63,648 nucleotides of DNA, filler included, from Intoshia linei (GCA_001642005.1; 7 parts of 7 records of this genome joined end to end with filler, not necessarily neighbours in it), one strand, 5' to 3'; shown: positions 1 to 13,400, counted from the whole stretch's first letter. Numbers and translations are program-made. The notes: generated by a model from the sequence alone, not told the origin.

Positions 1-400
1 CTAATAAATTAAAAAAATGGGATAACAATTGTTTTTAAAATTTTTTACGCAAATTTTAACAAACCAAAAAATTAAGATGGAATAATTAACTTTAAAGTAA
101 AAAGTAATATGATATGATGGTTCCATCTGAAACAAATTTGGGAACCACTCCTTTAAAGAATTGATAATAGTGAATAGTAGGATTTTTAAGTTAGATTTTC
201 AACGTGAATTTATTTTTTAAGTATAATAAAAATGTGCTCTCGGCAGAGCTAGGTCCTGTTTGTACGTAGTATGTAAATTTATTTTTTGGTAGTATAAAAA
301 TGTTCCCTCGGTAGAACTAGGCTACGAATTTGGTATAATAAAAATGTGCCCTCGGCAGAGCTAGGTGCTGTTTGTACGTAGTACATTACAGTCAACCTAG
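1..400 (+). mobile_element. Non-autonomous Helitron-like element, 3' part, with two extra tandem partial copies of its subterminal segment
   Basis: Ends in a hairpin (CTGTTTGTAC-GTA-GTACATTACAG) followed by TCAACCTAG|T. Homologous copies at 37060-37229, 52211-52600, 54400-54725, 58439-58751 and 62350-62420. Confidence 0.7.
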
Positions 401-1232
401 TTGTAATACAACATACATAAAATTCAATACTAAAAAATCTTACTTTTAATAGCAATAGTGTTCTGCCATACAATTTGAATATATTTGTAATTACTGTATC
501 TTTGTTTTGTAGAGAAACTTCTAGATTTGGAAATTTTGTAATCTTAAATAATTGGGATTTAGACAAAACGCGTACATTTAAATTTCCAGTAATCAGTACA
601 ACGATTTCTCGATCATACAATATTAAATTGTTAATATTTATGGCTAATTTTAGAATTCTACCACTTTCAACATTCAAAGAAATTAATATTTTTTTATCTT
701 TGACGTAAATTATTTTTTTGTGTTCAAAAGACCACGCTACAGCCTCTATTCGTATAAACATATATTCAAAGAAAACCATCTCATTATCAAAATAAAACAA
801 CCCATTTCGATAATATAATATAAATTTTTTGTCATCATGAAACAATTTTTTAAAATTATTTGCATTTATAATACTTTTTTCAGTTTCGTATACTTTTAAT
901 TCTTCGTTTACATTTGCAACAACTACCGTTTTATATTTACCCATTTTGTTACCAATTTTGTAAATAAATACATCACTATTGATCCTCTTTGTAATCATTG
1001 TTTTGAATGTATCGTATTTTAAAATTTCATAGTTATCCTCTATTTTAAAAAAAGATAATATAAAAACCTTATTCCTTACTCTATCTATTACGACATAATA
1101 AGAAGATTGTACTATACGTTCAGTTTTAGAATCTTCCAATTCATGATCCCGAATGTAATTCATTAATGTAAATTCTTTTCCTAGAACATATCCAATTAAT
1201 AACCACCATAAAGTTAGCACATATATTTTCAT
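279..1232 (-). CDS. Orphan intronless ORF, putative secreted beta-strand-rich protein; C-terminus runs into the Helitron-like repeat
   Basis: About 317 open codons in very AT-rich DNA. Signal-peptide-like start MKIYVLTLWWLLIGYVLG. The last ~40 codons (279-400) are repeat sequence. Confidence 0.55.
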   Translation of the reverse strand: MKIYVLTLWWLLIGYVLGKEFTLMNYIRDHELEDSKTERIVQSSYYVVIDRVRNKVFILSFFKIEDNYEILKYDTFKTMITKRINSDVFIYKIGNKMGKYKTVVVANVNEELKVYETEKSIINANNFKKLFHDDKKFILYYRNGLFYFDNEMVFFEYMFIRIEAVAWSFEHKKIIYVKDKKILISLNVESGRILKLAININNLILYDREIVVLITGNLNVRVLSKSQLFKITKFPNLEVSLQNKDTVITNIFKLYGRTLLLLKVRFFSIEFYVCCITTRLTVMYYVQTAPSSAEGTFLLYQIRSLVLPREHFYTTKK

Positions 1233-2135
1233 ATCTTGATGCAAACTATATATATATTTACTTTATATAATAAACTTAGTATTAATTGGAAATTTAAAAT
1301 GCTTAATAAGGTAAATAAAGGTTTAATAAGGCAGATAGGTAATAAAATTTTTAATTTTTAATTAAAAAGGAATATGTATATTACGCTTACAAAAATTTGT
1401 CTTTATATTCTATTTACTGATTTACTACATTTTATTGTATTTACAATAATAATAGTAAATTCAATTTTTAATTGAAATATAATTTTTAGAAAATATTTAA
1501 TTAATATACATGTTAATTAAATGTAATTAATTGTAATGTACATATAAGATTGAAAAAATAATTAATTAATTTTAGTTGCAAAAATGGATTTTTTGATACA
1601 ATAGATTTTAATAAATTTGTATTGACTTTACAATTTAGATTACTTTATATACATTATATTGTTTTAGTATTTTAGAAGTACACTCAAGTCAAAAATGGAA
1701 TCCATATTACTGTTTGTTTTATATATTGAAAGTACTAATTTCGAAATTCCAACTAAATTTAAAATCATGATAATATATCAAAATGTATTAGATATCCTCT
1801 GATCGTAAGACAAGGATTGTACCATAGTTAATTGAAGCAGAAAATATTTTTTTATAAGTTTTAATTTGTATTATAGTGATGGAAACTTTTTGATTAATGC
1901 TATATTATAAATTAATACGTAACGATTTCAGTTAATTTTAATAAAATATTTTTTAATGAGTTTTTTTTAAAAGTACTTATTACTACTGCACTGAATTTTT
2001 GAAGTAAAAAATAATTAGTACCGTAGAGTAAAAAAAATAAGTTGAAAACACATGAAGTGACTATATGAGAAATTTGAATAAACATATTATAATATAATAT
2101 ATTATATTGTTTTAAAATCTATTAATTTTTTTTAA

Positions 2136-2611
2136 TTAAATAAACCACAAAGATATGATAATTACATATACAAGTACACTAAATACAACGAAAACACAAA
2201 ACAATGTCCAATTAACAGAATAACTTATTAAAATCCATTTTCGTGATAAATTAAATGAATGAAATATTGTGGTATCATAAAATCGTTCGGATAAATTATC
2301 TTTCGTTTCTTCATAAATCTGTTCTGATAATTTCGTGCCAGTTATGAGTCTATCTGATGTACAACTATTTAATCACATAATTACAGAATCACCATCAGTT
2401 TTGTTTTCTTTATATTTAAGGGAAGATTTTAAACCCTTCCTATGTCTCCAAAAATGGTGTGAATTCAACTTTAGAGAGACATGTATTGAATATTCATAAA
2501 GCCAAATTGGTGGTTCATAGGTACTAACATGTAGACTGTATAACATCGAGACTATTACATTCATAAAAACAGCCAGGGCTGACAGTGCCATAGTAGATCC
2601 AGAAAGCAAAC
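2136..2611 (-). CDS. Cys-loop ligand-gated ion channel (nAChR-like) C-terminal fragment: M3, intracellular loop, M4
   Basis: M3-like STMALSALAVFMNVIVSMLYSLHVSTYEPPIWL and M4-like RKWILISYSVNWTLFCVFVVFSVLVYVIIISLWFI*. CAG acceptor at 2612. A 39-nt GT-AG intron (2354-2392) would remove the in-frame TGA. Upstream exons not found. Confidence 0.6.
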
Positions 2612-3207
2612 CTGTACGTAATTTATGTTACTGTTCATTTAAAATTTCAGTTAATTTGTTATTTCATGTAATTTTAGAATACGAGCTAACTTATTAATTA
2701 TCTTTTTGATAAGTAAAAAAATATTCAAAACCAGGTGTTACCTGCTATTCTGTATAAGGCTTCTAAAAAAATGACATAAAAACGGATTTAAATTATATAC
2801 GGATATATACATATTATATACAAAATATATTTAATTATATATATTAAATAATTAAAAACGGATATTTAAATGAAAATAAGTTTCTCAGCAGAATTTGGTT
2901 CATAGCTGCTATGTATGATGGATTCATTACTCGAGGAATATAAAATAATAATTTATAAGATATCACACATATCGATTATTAATATGCAGGACCTGTATTG
3001 CAGGTATATATAATATATTAACACATATCATACGTGTAACATAATGTATAAATGTAGTTTTCATCAAATTTCATTTCTTAGGTGCAATTCACGTAGTGCA
3101 GTAGTAAATTATTAATTTAAAATAAAAAGTTTTTATTTGAAAAATGAACAATTAATAAAGTTTTTATTATATTTATAGTCTTAGTAACTTCAATAAAATT
3201 TCAAATA

Positions 3208-5949
3208 ATGAACTGTGATGAAAAATGTATTATTGATGATAAAAGCAAGACTGTTGAAGATGAATCAGTTTTAGAAAAATTAAAGCCGGATGTAAAGAAA
3301 AATATATTTTGCTATTGGTTTTTATTATTATTTATACAGCGATTTAAATTATTGTTAGTAGCTATACTAATCTTTTAATTTCATTTTTCAAATATACGTT
3401 TGTATTTATATAAAATAATGAATTTACTAAGCTCGAGAACACCCAAAAATGAAAATTGACCCTAGTCACCTCTCCAAAGAATCTCTAAATCCTGGAAACG
3501 AAATTTTTTTGTTGGTCAAACTTAAATATGATTTATCTATATCTATTTAAATGAACCCTTGAAATAGTTTCCTATGAGTTCTACAGTAAACGATTGTAGT
3601 ACTAAGGTGACATTCCATGAGGAAAGCATCACAAATTTTTGATTACGGAAGTGCAAAGTTAAAAGAGATTAAGAGACATGAGGTGTATTCCGTATCTTTA
3701 AGAAATGTGTAATTTGCTGTTTCTATCAGATAATACATCAATATTACTAGCAATAAAGAAAGAAGCTTTGATGGGTTGGAATGCCACTGCCATTATTGTA
3801 GAAAAATATTTCATCTAGATTGCATTGCTGAAACTGGAATGTATGGAAAATAGTGTGAATACATTTTTTTAATTTTAGACCATTTATGCCGTTTGTTTGT
3901 AGTTATTTCTTTATATGTAAATCTTGTAATACATGCCGACAGGATTATTTGGTTCGTCGAAATTCTAGTTTATAAAAATTAATAAAATAAAATCATTTTT
4001 ATTTCTATAGATCTACTCAGCACTGTTTTTACCGCAGTAGCCAATTTATATGCTCAATCTGGAAAATCCCATTATTCTGAACCAGAGGTATTTTTATTTT
4101 TCTTGTACCTGGAAAAATTTAGATATTTGCTTTTATTAAAGAAAATTATGATATTTTGGGTGACATAAAATCAAGAAGTCAACTAAATATAACTTCTCTT
4201 GCAAAATCAATTGTATATTTGTGTGTATTTAACATTCCATTACATTTTAGAAAATCGGAGCTGTTTATTTTGATAATTTTAAGATAGATGAAACAAATCG
4301 ACGAATGTATGGATTTCTCAATATGGATAATGTTATTATATTTATTTATCAGTAAACCCTGGGGAAATTAATTGGGGTTGTGAAAATTTTTGACTTGATT
4401 AAAATTATCAAATTTGATTTAAATCTTATTCAGCATCTATCAATCACGGCCTTTTTGACGATGACTGCTCAATGTCGGTTTTGGTTATATACCTTTAAAT
4501 GAAATATAAAGTGGGTTACATTTTTGAGTTTCAATAGAATTCACAAAAATAAAATTTTTAAACTTAATATATTTTAGTATGTAAAGTTTATCTGTCCATT
4601 ATCAATAGATTTATTGAAGAAACAAATGATAACTACAAATGATATGACTTCTATTGAAGATATTTGTTTAGCTGCTAAAATTCCTTTATATACATTAATG
4701 GATCAGATTGGATCTCAGTCTTCTAAAAATACTTCTACATCACAAAAAAAATTGAAACGACAAATTTATAAAAAAATACCTACGGCTTACCCATCAGAAC
4801 ATCCTTATAATAAAGATGGATATCGGTATTATCTCACTGAACCAGATCCTATTATAGATAAATGTAATATTCCGATACCATATGTTAAACCTGGGAAAGC
4901 CATACCTGCTTTTCTCTATCGATGCTTTACATATAAAAATGTAGAATTGACATCACAGGATAGGGCGGCGACACTTAAAATAAGCAATAATCGTAAAACT
5001 GTTACAGGAGATAAGGGATATTCAGTCGTGAGACCTACAAATGGAGCAATGTTTGGTAATTGGTATTACGAAGTTTCAATAGATAAAATGAAACACCCTG
5101 CAGCAACTCGTATTGGTTGGTCAACAAAATATGGTAGTTTTAACAAGACATATTCATTAGAAATTTAGGAAACTTGCAGGCGCCGTGCGGATATGATAAA
5201 TTTGGATATTCTTGGAGGTCTATCAAAGGGACCAAATTTCATGATAGTAGAGGAAAACATTACAGTGACACTGGATACGGTGAATCTGATATTCTAGGGA
5301 TGGTGATTAGACTTCCATCTATGATTGATCAAATAAAAAATAATCGTGGAGTTGAATTGGAAAGCAAAAAAAATTATTCACTTATTCGGTTTAAAAGTTA
5401 CTATTATTTCGAACATCATTTTTTTCCAAAAGAAATTGCAAATTCTCTAGAAATGTGTTCTAATGCCAGTGTAATATTTTTGTCAATATTTACTACTATA
5501 ATTTTAGATTGAATTTTTTTTAAATGGCAAATCACAAGGAATTGCATATGATGGCATCTATAATGGAAAATACTATCCCACTATTTCATTGTACAAAAAT
5601 TCTACTGTAATGTTAATTGTTTCATTTTTTATTTTTATTAGGTTACCACTAATTTTGGACCTAATTTTGTGCATACTCCTCCACCTGATACACAACCGGT
5701 ATTGTTATAAATTAGAAATGTATATGCTAACAAATTTAAACCAGGTTGAATAAAATTTCAAACTAGCGGGTTCTAAACCTTCATTGAAAAATTTTTTATT
5801 ATAATAATAAAAAATAGACATCTATAATTTGATAGAAATTAACTAAATTTTAGTTTTGTGAATCTATCTACGAACACCTCGCTGGAATTGTATTGGAAGA
5901 CATGTTGTACTTTGTAGAACAAAATAAAATGAATATTAAAAATTTTTAA
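3208..5949 (+). CDS. ASH2L: Set1/COMPASS histone methyltransferase subunit ASH2L (multi-exon)
   Basis: N-terminal atypical PHD (FCYC...CHYCRKIFHLDC...FICKSC), EHPYNKDGYRYYLTEPDP, SPRY domain (WYYEV, RIGW, LQAPCGYDKFGYSWRSIKGTKFH) and a C-terminal DPY30-binding-like helix (GIVLEDMLYFVE). Confidence 0.95.
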
Positions 5950-5956
5950 TCAAATA

Positions 5957-6898
5957 TTAATTTTCATATTTTATACCAAGCCCCATCTTATGTCCGCCTT
6001 GACCAAAGTTTTTAGCATCAATTAAAGTTGACATGGTCAATTTTACATCTTTTAAAACTGGTATTTTATAGAAGACTCCAACCTTCCCGTGGTTGTCCAA
6101 CTTAGCACCGACATAGCTACCCTCGTCTGTTTTGTATTTAGCTCCAAAAGAAAAATCGATGGCTTTTCCCTTATCGGTGACGCTTCTATAAAACTGTATA
6201 CCAGTAGTCAAATTTTTGTTTTGATTGACAAGAGCATGAATTCCCATTCGATTAAAATCTTCAATACTAATGTATAGTTGGTAGTTGGAGTGTTTGTAAC
6301 CAAAAATTCCTTTGTTGAGAGCAACTGATCCCATACCTAAGTCCTGAGAATCGAATCTTAGTTTATATCCTAATATGCACCCACTGTGAGCCAAAGTTAA
6401 GGCAACTGATTTTCTGTAACCATCCAGAGTCTGTTCAAATTGGGATTCAACGTGAGCTAAGTCTCTCTTGTAGTTGAACTTTAAACTGCTCTGTCGGTGT
6501 CTGAATATTATAATTGTAATGATAGTTTAGTGATGAAATATTTACCCCGTTTCTGGTTCCAATGAAAATTTAGACAACATCTTGAAACCATCCAAAAATT
6601 TTGGTGTCCATTCAATTTCTTTTTCCATAAATTTAGATGTCGTTAGTTTCCATTTTAATTTAGCATTGTAGTCTTCTAGGTTGTATTTCATCGTGGCATT
6701 ACCAGATACTTCCTTTGAGTCATGGTTAGAACTATATAACGATGTGAAATCCCATCCATTCGTTTTAGAGGACACGTCTACTTTGTAACTACCGTAATCT
6801 AATTGTATATTTATTAGAAAAAATTAGTATTTACTATATTCTTTCGTAAACAGGTTTCGACAGTCTAAGGCAACATCACCGAATGAAGGAGGAATCAT
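5957..6898 (-). CDS. VDAC: Voltage-dependent anion channel (mitochondrial porin), 3 exons
   Basis: MIPPSFGDVALDCRNLFTKEY start, FGAKYKTD, AKLDNHGKVGVFY and STLIDAKNFGQGGHKMGLGIKYEN C-terminus. Two short introns near 6503-6544 and 6799-6834. Confidence 0.93.
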
Positions 6899-7479
6899 TT
6901 TAAATGGTCAAAAATATAAGTAAATTTTAATGAGCGATAACTTATAATGGTAGCTTTACTTTATTACTTAAGATTTCTATAACAATGTTTGTCATTGTAA
7001 ATACAAAACTACAAATGGTTAACTGTGTATAATACATAATGCTGATAGAAAATCTTATGAGGCATATTAATAGCCCAAGTTTTTTGATATTTTATGACTT
7101 GAAATAATAAATATCTCAAGACATACTAATACCCATTGTTGTCTAATGACCAGGGTACTGTGTAAGCAAATAATCCAGACGCAGTTTTTCAATATCAAGT
7201 GTATACCATCATATACTTCAATTTATTATAACTGGGTTCCAAAATTAGTAGAAAATAATTTGATAGAATTTTCAGTTCCACTTGTTACTATCAAAAACCC
7301 ATAGTCTCAAACATTTTATTTGAGGTTTTAACTTGCAATTGGTCATTTTTTTGTAATGAAGAATGTAATTGTTTAAAAACCATTGTATACTTTGGTGGAT
7401 ATGAGATTTATTCAGCACGATTCGAAATTATTCACTATTTAAAAACATTACGTATCATCAGCAAAATTAATCGTTTCGT

Positions 7480-10400
7480 CACTTATTTTTGTATTTGATA
7501 TTTTTCATGAGCTGTCCTAAAAGGTTGAATGAACATTGTAATATTATTTTAAATTTTATCGTGCACTTCATACAAGTTTTTGGTTTAAAAAATTTAATAA
7601 ACATTTAAATGGGAATAACAACTGGTAGGGTATTTAAATGTGATGACTATCTCGATTTGAGTTGACCAGTTGATAGAGGCGGTATTTTGCTTAATCGACT
7701 ATCCACCGTGAACTTTTTGGGTGGTACCCACTAACATAAAATTAAAAAACATTAATGTAAATAATACATAATATTTGGTCCCTTCTGCTATAGTTTTGAA
7801 ATGAATTCCAGATTTACACATTTTTTGTAGTAATTTGTTTCCTAAAAATAATAATTTTTATAGAAAAAAATCTAACCTAAAGACCAATTTTTGTGATATT
7901 TTCTGTTCCATCTATTCAGTAGTAGATTGTAGTATCTCGGTATTTGAAAATACTTGGAATATATTTGTGTTTTTTCTGTAGGAAAAATTCGTTGAAAGGA
8001 TTGCTTTCTCGCATCTTCATCAATATATTGGATTAAATGACGAATGTCATCAGGTGTCAGGATTTCAAGAATTTGATGTTGTACCTGCTAAATCATTTTT
8101 ACATTTTAAAATTTATTTAAAATTACAATTTCGTAAGACTGACAAGAAAAATAAATGTGTTTATTTTTTTGATCCGTAGATAAAGTTGTCTGACACAATC
8201 TGCTATCGTGAAAAATGTATGGCGTTGGAATTGAATTTCTGTCGAATCTACAAATATAATTATATTAATTTTTCCTCACTTGTTATTTCTCAAATAATTC
8301 TTTATTTCATTTTTTGGAGGAAGCATGTACCCAGATATGTTCATGACATTTCTTATCATTCTACCTTTGATGGCAACGTCCAATTCAGAATTTGAATGTA
8401 AACTAAAAATGTAACGATTTCGAAAATATTTAACCTTGGAGAAATGTTAACTTCCAGAAGCCATGGACATAAATTTTCGTCTATAAGTATATCAAATCCA
8501 AATAATTCGTGAACCATATGGTTACACTTCACATTTGCTTGGCACATGCTGTACATTGTTGGTTCCGATCTGAACGGTATTTTAATAAATACATTGTAAT
8601 TTTACGCGATTATAGTTTTTATTATTAAATCGATGATGGATTTTTTAATTTCCTCAGTATTTATATTTCTATTTTCTAAATATCGCCATAATGACTTTAA
8701 AGACCTAAAGAAAAAATTAGTTTAAAACCCGTTATACATGTTGCATGATTTATTTATTTACCACTTATGTCCTATGCATGCATTTTCATCAGAATTTGGT
8801 TCATAGCTGCTACTGTGCTTGTTTATACTGTAATTCGTAAGATGTATGTATCGGTTCATCAGACTTTTTACTGAATTTGAATACCTGTATAATATAGTCA
8901 AAATTAGTATGTATTCAAGAAATAAGTTTTAATTGTATATGTTTAAAATTACTTGCATGAAGCAAACCTAGTAAGACCCTCGTCATATAGGTATATCTTG
9001 AGAGGGTATATTGAGGTGATATAGACATAGAGTCTGATGTCAAATTTTCTTCCGTTTATTAGAAGTGGTTTACTGATATATCTGTTTTTTTAATATGATT
9101 ATATTGATAATGACCAACATACTTTTGTACAATGACGGCTCGTTTTTTTGGAATTTGATTCCATTTATGTACCACCTTTATTCCAATTCCTCTGGCACTC
9201 GCCGGCTACAAATGATAATATTGCATACAAATAATATACTGGTTTAATGATCCATTTTTCTTTAAATCCTCCGTCTTCCCAACATCTTTTAAATGATCTA
9301 TAATCCCAAGGAAGTACATATGTTTGTGGTAAAAAATTTATTTCTTTGGATCCATGGATTATTTGTAATTTAGTTACATTTCTCCTATGATATATACAAT
9401 TATTTTATTTATTATACAATCACGTATAAACTACGACGATAATAATTTAAAGGTATATCAACATAAAACTCATATTTGATGTTTGATAAACCACATTTTT
9501 ATATATCAAATATGAAACCTACAATCCGCTATTTTCCAACTACAGTGATCGCTCTCTAAATTGAACACTAACTGCAAAAAAATAGATGGTGTTCAAGTTT
9601 TAGAGATTTAACACTGTAGTTAATTATTTCATACTATATTTATTGTGAAATTTATGAGAAAAATCAAAATTTTAAAATAAATGAATTGTTCAAATTGAAG
9701 AACTGAATTTTCTTATAAGTTTCTTAAATTATATAGAAAATTAATTAAATTACAACAAATTTATGAGAAAAATCACAATAAATTGTGTTTATGTTCAAGA
9801 GCGGGAATGTATATTCTTACCATTTACAGTGATCGCTGAGTGTACATTTCGATATTTAGTATGTATTGTAAGTATTACATAATATTGCTTTTAACCTTTT
9901 TATATTTAGTATAAAAATGGAATTTTACATTTAATTTTGATCTACATACATCCATCATATCAATTCTTAATCTTACCTTTATTTATCAAAATAATAAGGT
10001 TTAAAATAATTAAAATTTTATATTTTGACAATTTCGCAATCAGTATATAATTTAGATTTTAAATTATACTTAATAAAAAATCAGCAAAATAAATTAATTT
10101 CATTTCCTATTTATATGGAATGGTGCAATGTATATTAGTAACTTGAAATATATACTACTAAATACATGTAGTTTTTTTAAAGTTAGATTTTACAATATAT
10201 CATTAACAGTAAAAATTATCAATACAGGAAACTGAGCATGTTAATTGTGATTAATTATTTGTAAAAAATTGATTTAAAGATTAATATATAAGTTAGGATT
10301 ATATGACATTAATTAATGCATGTATTATTAAAGTTTATATTTTCTCTAGAATTTTAAATTTTACTCAAAAGTACCTTTAGAAACATTAATAATAAATTTT

Positions 10401-13400
10401 ACCACAAAGTATCTTTGCGCCCTAGTTGAAAAGACCCTGGCAAATGGTTAACCTAAAATCAGAAATAATATTTTTGTTATTATTATTTGCCTTTTGATTC
10501 TCATTGAGTAATTTAAAAGCATTTGATCGCATATGTTTTCCCCATACACCTATCCAATTATCCTCTAAAAATTTAATTTATCTTAATTTAATTTAATATG
10601 TTCCAATCTAAAAATTACTGTTTGTAAATCTGAATCCACTCCTCAAAATTATTGATTTTAAAATATTTGGCGTAATTGTACTGTTTTTCCACCTGAAATG
10701 TTTTCTTATTTTCCAAGGAATAGAATATTCTACATTTTATGGATAAAATTTAAAAAAATGTACGTCGTTCTTTTGGTAAAACAAAATTAATCACAGCTGG
10801 TGTATATGGAAAGATACTTGCTGTGAAAGCAGGATAATATTTAACATCAGTCTTTTCATACTTGTCAACAAGTTCTTTTTCAGATAAAGTAGATACATGG
10901 CTGTCAGTTTCACTATCAGTTTCGCAATTATTGATATACTTTCCTATATTTGACTCGCAATCGTTGAAAGAATGTTCATCGAAACAGGTAACTTCTGATT
11001 TATCGGTTATATAATCAAAATCTTCATTTATGGATGAGACTTCGCTTTTAAAGGCTTCTAAATGCAATTATACACTGTTAATACAAAACTAACCGCATTC
11101 ACTCGTCGTGTCAACCTTTATACTTTCATCAATTTTAGTTAGATACAATTTATTTTTAAAATCATTCTTCAGATCATTATTGGACGTTGTTTTTCCGGAT
11201 GACGACGAATTTTCGCTAAGTTTTTATTAAAAATTATTATTGTATTTATTACACAAAAATTTTGAATTTGGACCATATAATTTTTAAAAGCATAAAATAC
11301 ACTTCACTTACTATATCGTAAAATTAGTCAAGTTGCTGAAATATATTCAGTAGTATTATAATTGATAATTTTCTATTTTTAATTGTTAAAAATTAAACTT
11401 AACTAACATTATTATATTGATATTATCGATTAATACCTCAATCTTAGATTGTACTTATTAAAAATTGATTTTTATGTGTTGAATTTAGACTAATGATGCA
11501 TAATTTAAAGTCATCAATTGCGGTTATCAAATTTAAAAAACAAAGCCGTTTTAATTATACTTTCGAATGAATCGATAGGTGATAAAATAAAACGCTTATA
11601 ATGGGTTTAAACATTTGAAGATAAAGTCAATAGTCAGTTAAATATTAATTGAAACACTAAAACGATACGTCTTAAAAATAACATTAGATTGGTACCCATT
11701 GTTTATGCAATATTTATCCGATTTTTGATACGTTTTGAAATAATCGATTTCATTTTTTATATTATTAAACTCGGACTGTTTAATGATTGATTTGTGATAG
11801 TACTGAGTAGAATTATAATAAGAACTATTTGAAATGTTCTTAGAACTGATATCTAAAATAATAAAAGGAAAATAAATGCTTTAATTACCTTTCGGCTTAT
11901 TTGGTTCATTCAAATTGAACATATCATTTACCGTAGAGGTAGATTCAACTTTTTTATCTGTTTTTTTATATAATGATTCATGATCTCTGTTTACATTATG
12001 TATTCCACTTTTGAAGTTTTCTGAATATTGCCAACCTCTTTGTTCACCTACATGACTTAAATTAGTGGACGTATTGTTTAAATTTGTGTATTTATTGAAC
12101 ACGTCCTTATTTATAGTGGTTTCTTTATTTAATTGTTGATAATTAGATATAGGTTGCAATTTTGTATAATTTTCGGCAATGCATTTATTTTCTGGAGCAT
12201 ATGATTTTGGAATTACTGTTTCATTTAATACAGTTTCAATTGAGTTTTTACTAATTAAGTGATTGTTTTGTATGTTAACATTTATTCGTGAAGTATCACA
12301 CTCTATAAATTTAATGTTTTCGTTCACATTATCTGAATTAATTTTTTTTCTTTGATTATTGCTTACTTGGCATAGATTTCGGTCATTCCGTAACAATGCA
12401 CTTTCTTCCTGCTTATCGCTATTTAAATATTTGAGATTACACTTTAAATTAATAATCCAATTTTTTATATAATTGTTACATTGATTAAAACATGCCATTG
12501 AATTACTATGAATTATCAATTTTTCCAATTCTTGGGTAAATTTAGAGTAATTTTCTTGGCATTCGTTGTTTAATTCAACATATCTTTTTATATCCGACAA
12601 GTGATTACTTAAACTGGAAAATTTAGTATTGCAATCAAATTTACAATAATGGCAATATTTTGAAAATAATTTCTTTTTCGAATTCAACCCTATTGGGTCG
12701 TATTTAGATAAATTATATTTTTCTGGAGAAAAAGTGTATAAGTTTGAATTTATCGTGATAAAATTGTATTTGTTTTTAATTAAATTCATTTTTTTATCTG
12801 TTTCATCACTTGTTTCACAATTTGATTTAGCTCTTCCCTGTTTTACTTCCATTGTCACTTTTTCACTAAAATATAAAATTTAGTCATTTTAATTGACATT
12901 TTAGAATTACCGCTGTCTAATATTTATTGTTGATTTTACGTTTATTTTTGATTTGCTTTTATTATTGTCACATTGTTTATTTGGGTAAACAGTTAAATCA
13001 ATTTCTCCATTACCTGATATTAATTAAATTATTAAAAAATAATTATTGGATAGTTTACCTTTTTTTGGATTTTCATTTATTAAACACACTTCCTGTAAAT
13101 CAACTTTTTTGTCCATCTGATTTAAATCGGCATGTAATTTATAATTTTGTATACTTTTGTAAATTTGTTCAGTTTTCTTGGCATTGTGGGTATCATTTAA
13201 AGAAACCAAGTATTTTAGCAAAGAATTTTGGTAATACTGATTTTGATCAATTATGTCTTTATTTACTTTTAAATAATTGGATTTTTTTTCTAGGTACGGT
13301 GTTAAAATTGATAATTTTGCATTATATCCAGTATCTCCATATTTTAATGAATCATATTTACTATTTTTAATTAAATGTTCATTAAATAATACTCTTTTAT

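Noticed and set aside
231-400. CRISPR-like repeats (GTGCCCTCGGCAGAGCTAGG)
   Set aside because: The context is eukaryotic, there are no unique spacers or cas genes, and these are subterminal duplications of a dispersed TE.
2373-2375. In-frame TGA read as selenocysteine, stop readthrough or an alternative genetic code
   Set aside because: A 39-nt GT-AG intron of the size typical here removes it in frame. HCN uses TGA as a normal stop and Trp is TGG throughout.
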